From a virus (taxonomy: Duplodnaviria; Heunggongvirae; Uroviricota; Caudoviricetes): a DNA stretch of 6,069 bases. The stretch lies in IMG/VR virus record IMGVR_UViG_2713896896_000013. The stretch is one strand, 5' to 3'. This document shows positions 5,893 through 6,069 of the stretch, in pieces. The notes under the pieces are model-generated. The model ran no database searches. It saw only the letters and a program-made list of their open reading frames with translations, and was not told the origin of the DNA. The number at the start of each line of letters is the position of its first letter. Position 1 is the stretch's first letter. The translations under genes and the position numbers were made by a program.

Positions 5893-6069
5893 ATGATGAT
5901 CCGTACGGGGATAACATACCGTTTTAAGCAACGAGTGACAGAAGCCGGAGCAATCCGGCTTTTTATGGGTCCTCCCGGTGTAGTGACCTGCCACGGGGCG
6001 GGAGCGGCGCGGAAAAAGGCTGGTTTTTGCATTTTCATGGCGGCGGCAGCATGTGTGATAATTTATTGA
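5893..6069 (+). CDS. Small hypothetical protein (58 aa), tentative
   Basis: Strong SD AGGAGG (5884-5889) followed by tandem ATGs at 5893 and 5896; in-frame stop TGA at 6067-6069, exactly the last three bases of the window. Product MMIRTGITYRFKQRVTEAGAIRLFMGPPGVVTCHGAGAARKKAGFCIFMAAAACVIIY. It is below the 60-aa cutoff of the ORF track. A terminator-like hairpin lies inside it, which lowers confidence. Confidence 0.35.
   Translation: MMIRTGITYRFKQRVTEAGAIRLFMGPPGVVTCHGAGAARKKAGFCIFMAAAACVIIY
5941..5966 (+). terminator. Terminator-like hairpin with GNRA loop and U-tract on the + strand
   Basis: Stem AGCCGGA (5943-5949) / TCCGGCT (5954-5960), extendable by an A-T pair (5942/5961), with loop GCAA, followed by TTTTAT (5961-5966). 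It lies inside the tentative small ORF, so it may be an attenuator, the 3' end of a short transcript, or coincidental. Confidence 0.3.

Larger units (their letters stand above)
1..6069 (+). mobile_element. Integrase-proximal portion of an integrative satellite-type element (P4-like / PICI-like): int, cargo, alpA, regulators, replication protein, ori
   Basis: The module is co-linear: tyrosine integrase, AlpA-type HTH, replication initiator and adjacent iteron origin, all on one strand with several overlapping start/stop junctions. This is the canonical left-arm layout of enterobacterial phage satellites. The boundaries (att sites, flanking tRNA) are not in the window. Confidence 0.7.

Noticed and set aside
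5856-6038. Minus-strand 60-aa ORF 5856-6038
   Set aside because: No SD before its start, and it is antisense to a + strand ORF that has a textbook AGGAGG-ATG start and ends exactly at the window edge. The hairpin at 5941-5966 has its U-tract on the + strand.
1-6069. Search for tRNA, rRNA or attachment-site direct repeats
   Set aside because: I found no cloverleaf-compatible tRNA-like segment or rRNA-like sequence, and the window begins at the integrase start, so the att site and any target tRNA would lie upstream outside the window.

Overview
This window looks like the integrase-proximal end of an integrative, helper-dependent satellite-type element (P4-like or PICI-like) from an enterobacterial genome, with every gene I can support on the + strand except one small divergent regulator. 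In order: a tyrosine integrase (1-1428); a markedly AT-rich gene of unknown function joined onto the integrase 3' end (1415-2101); an AlpA/excisionase-family HTH gene (about 2243-2431); a small minus-strand ribbon-helix-helix-like gene (2571-2750) with its own terminator; a translationally coupled run of three small genes (2940-3756) feeding into a 605-aa P-loop replication protein (3753-5570); a tandem iteron array (GGTGAACAG / CTGTTCACC) that looks like the replication origin (5582-5815); and a small RBS-bearing ORF ending at the window edge. The most likely carrier of something undescribed is the AT-rich cargo gene at 1415-2101; the three small genes upstream of the replication protein and the divergent RHH switch are the next candidates. 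I saw no tRNA, rRNA or CRISPR array, and the attachment site is outside the window. All family assignments are from reading the translations and from memory; no database search was run.
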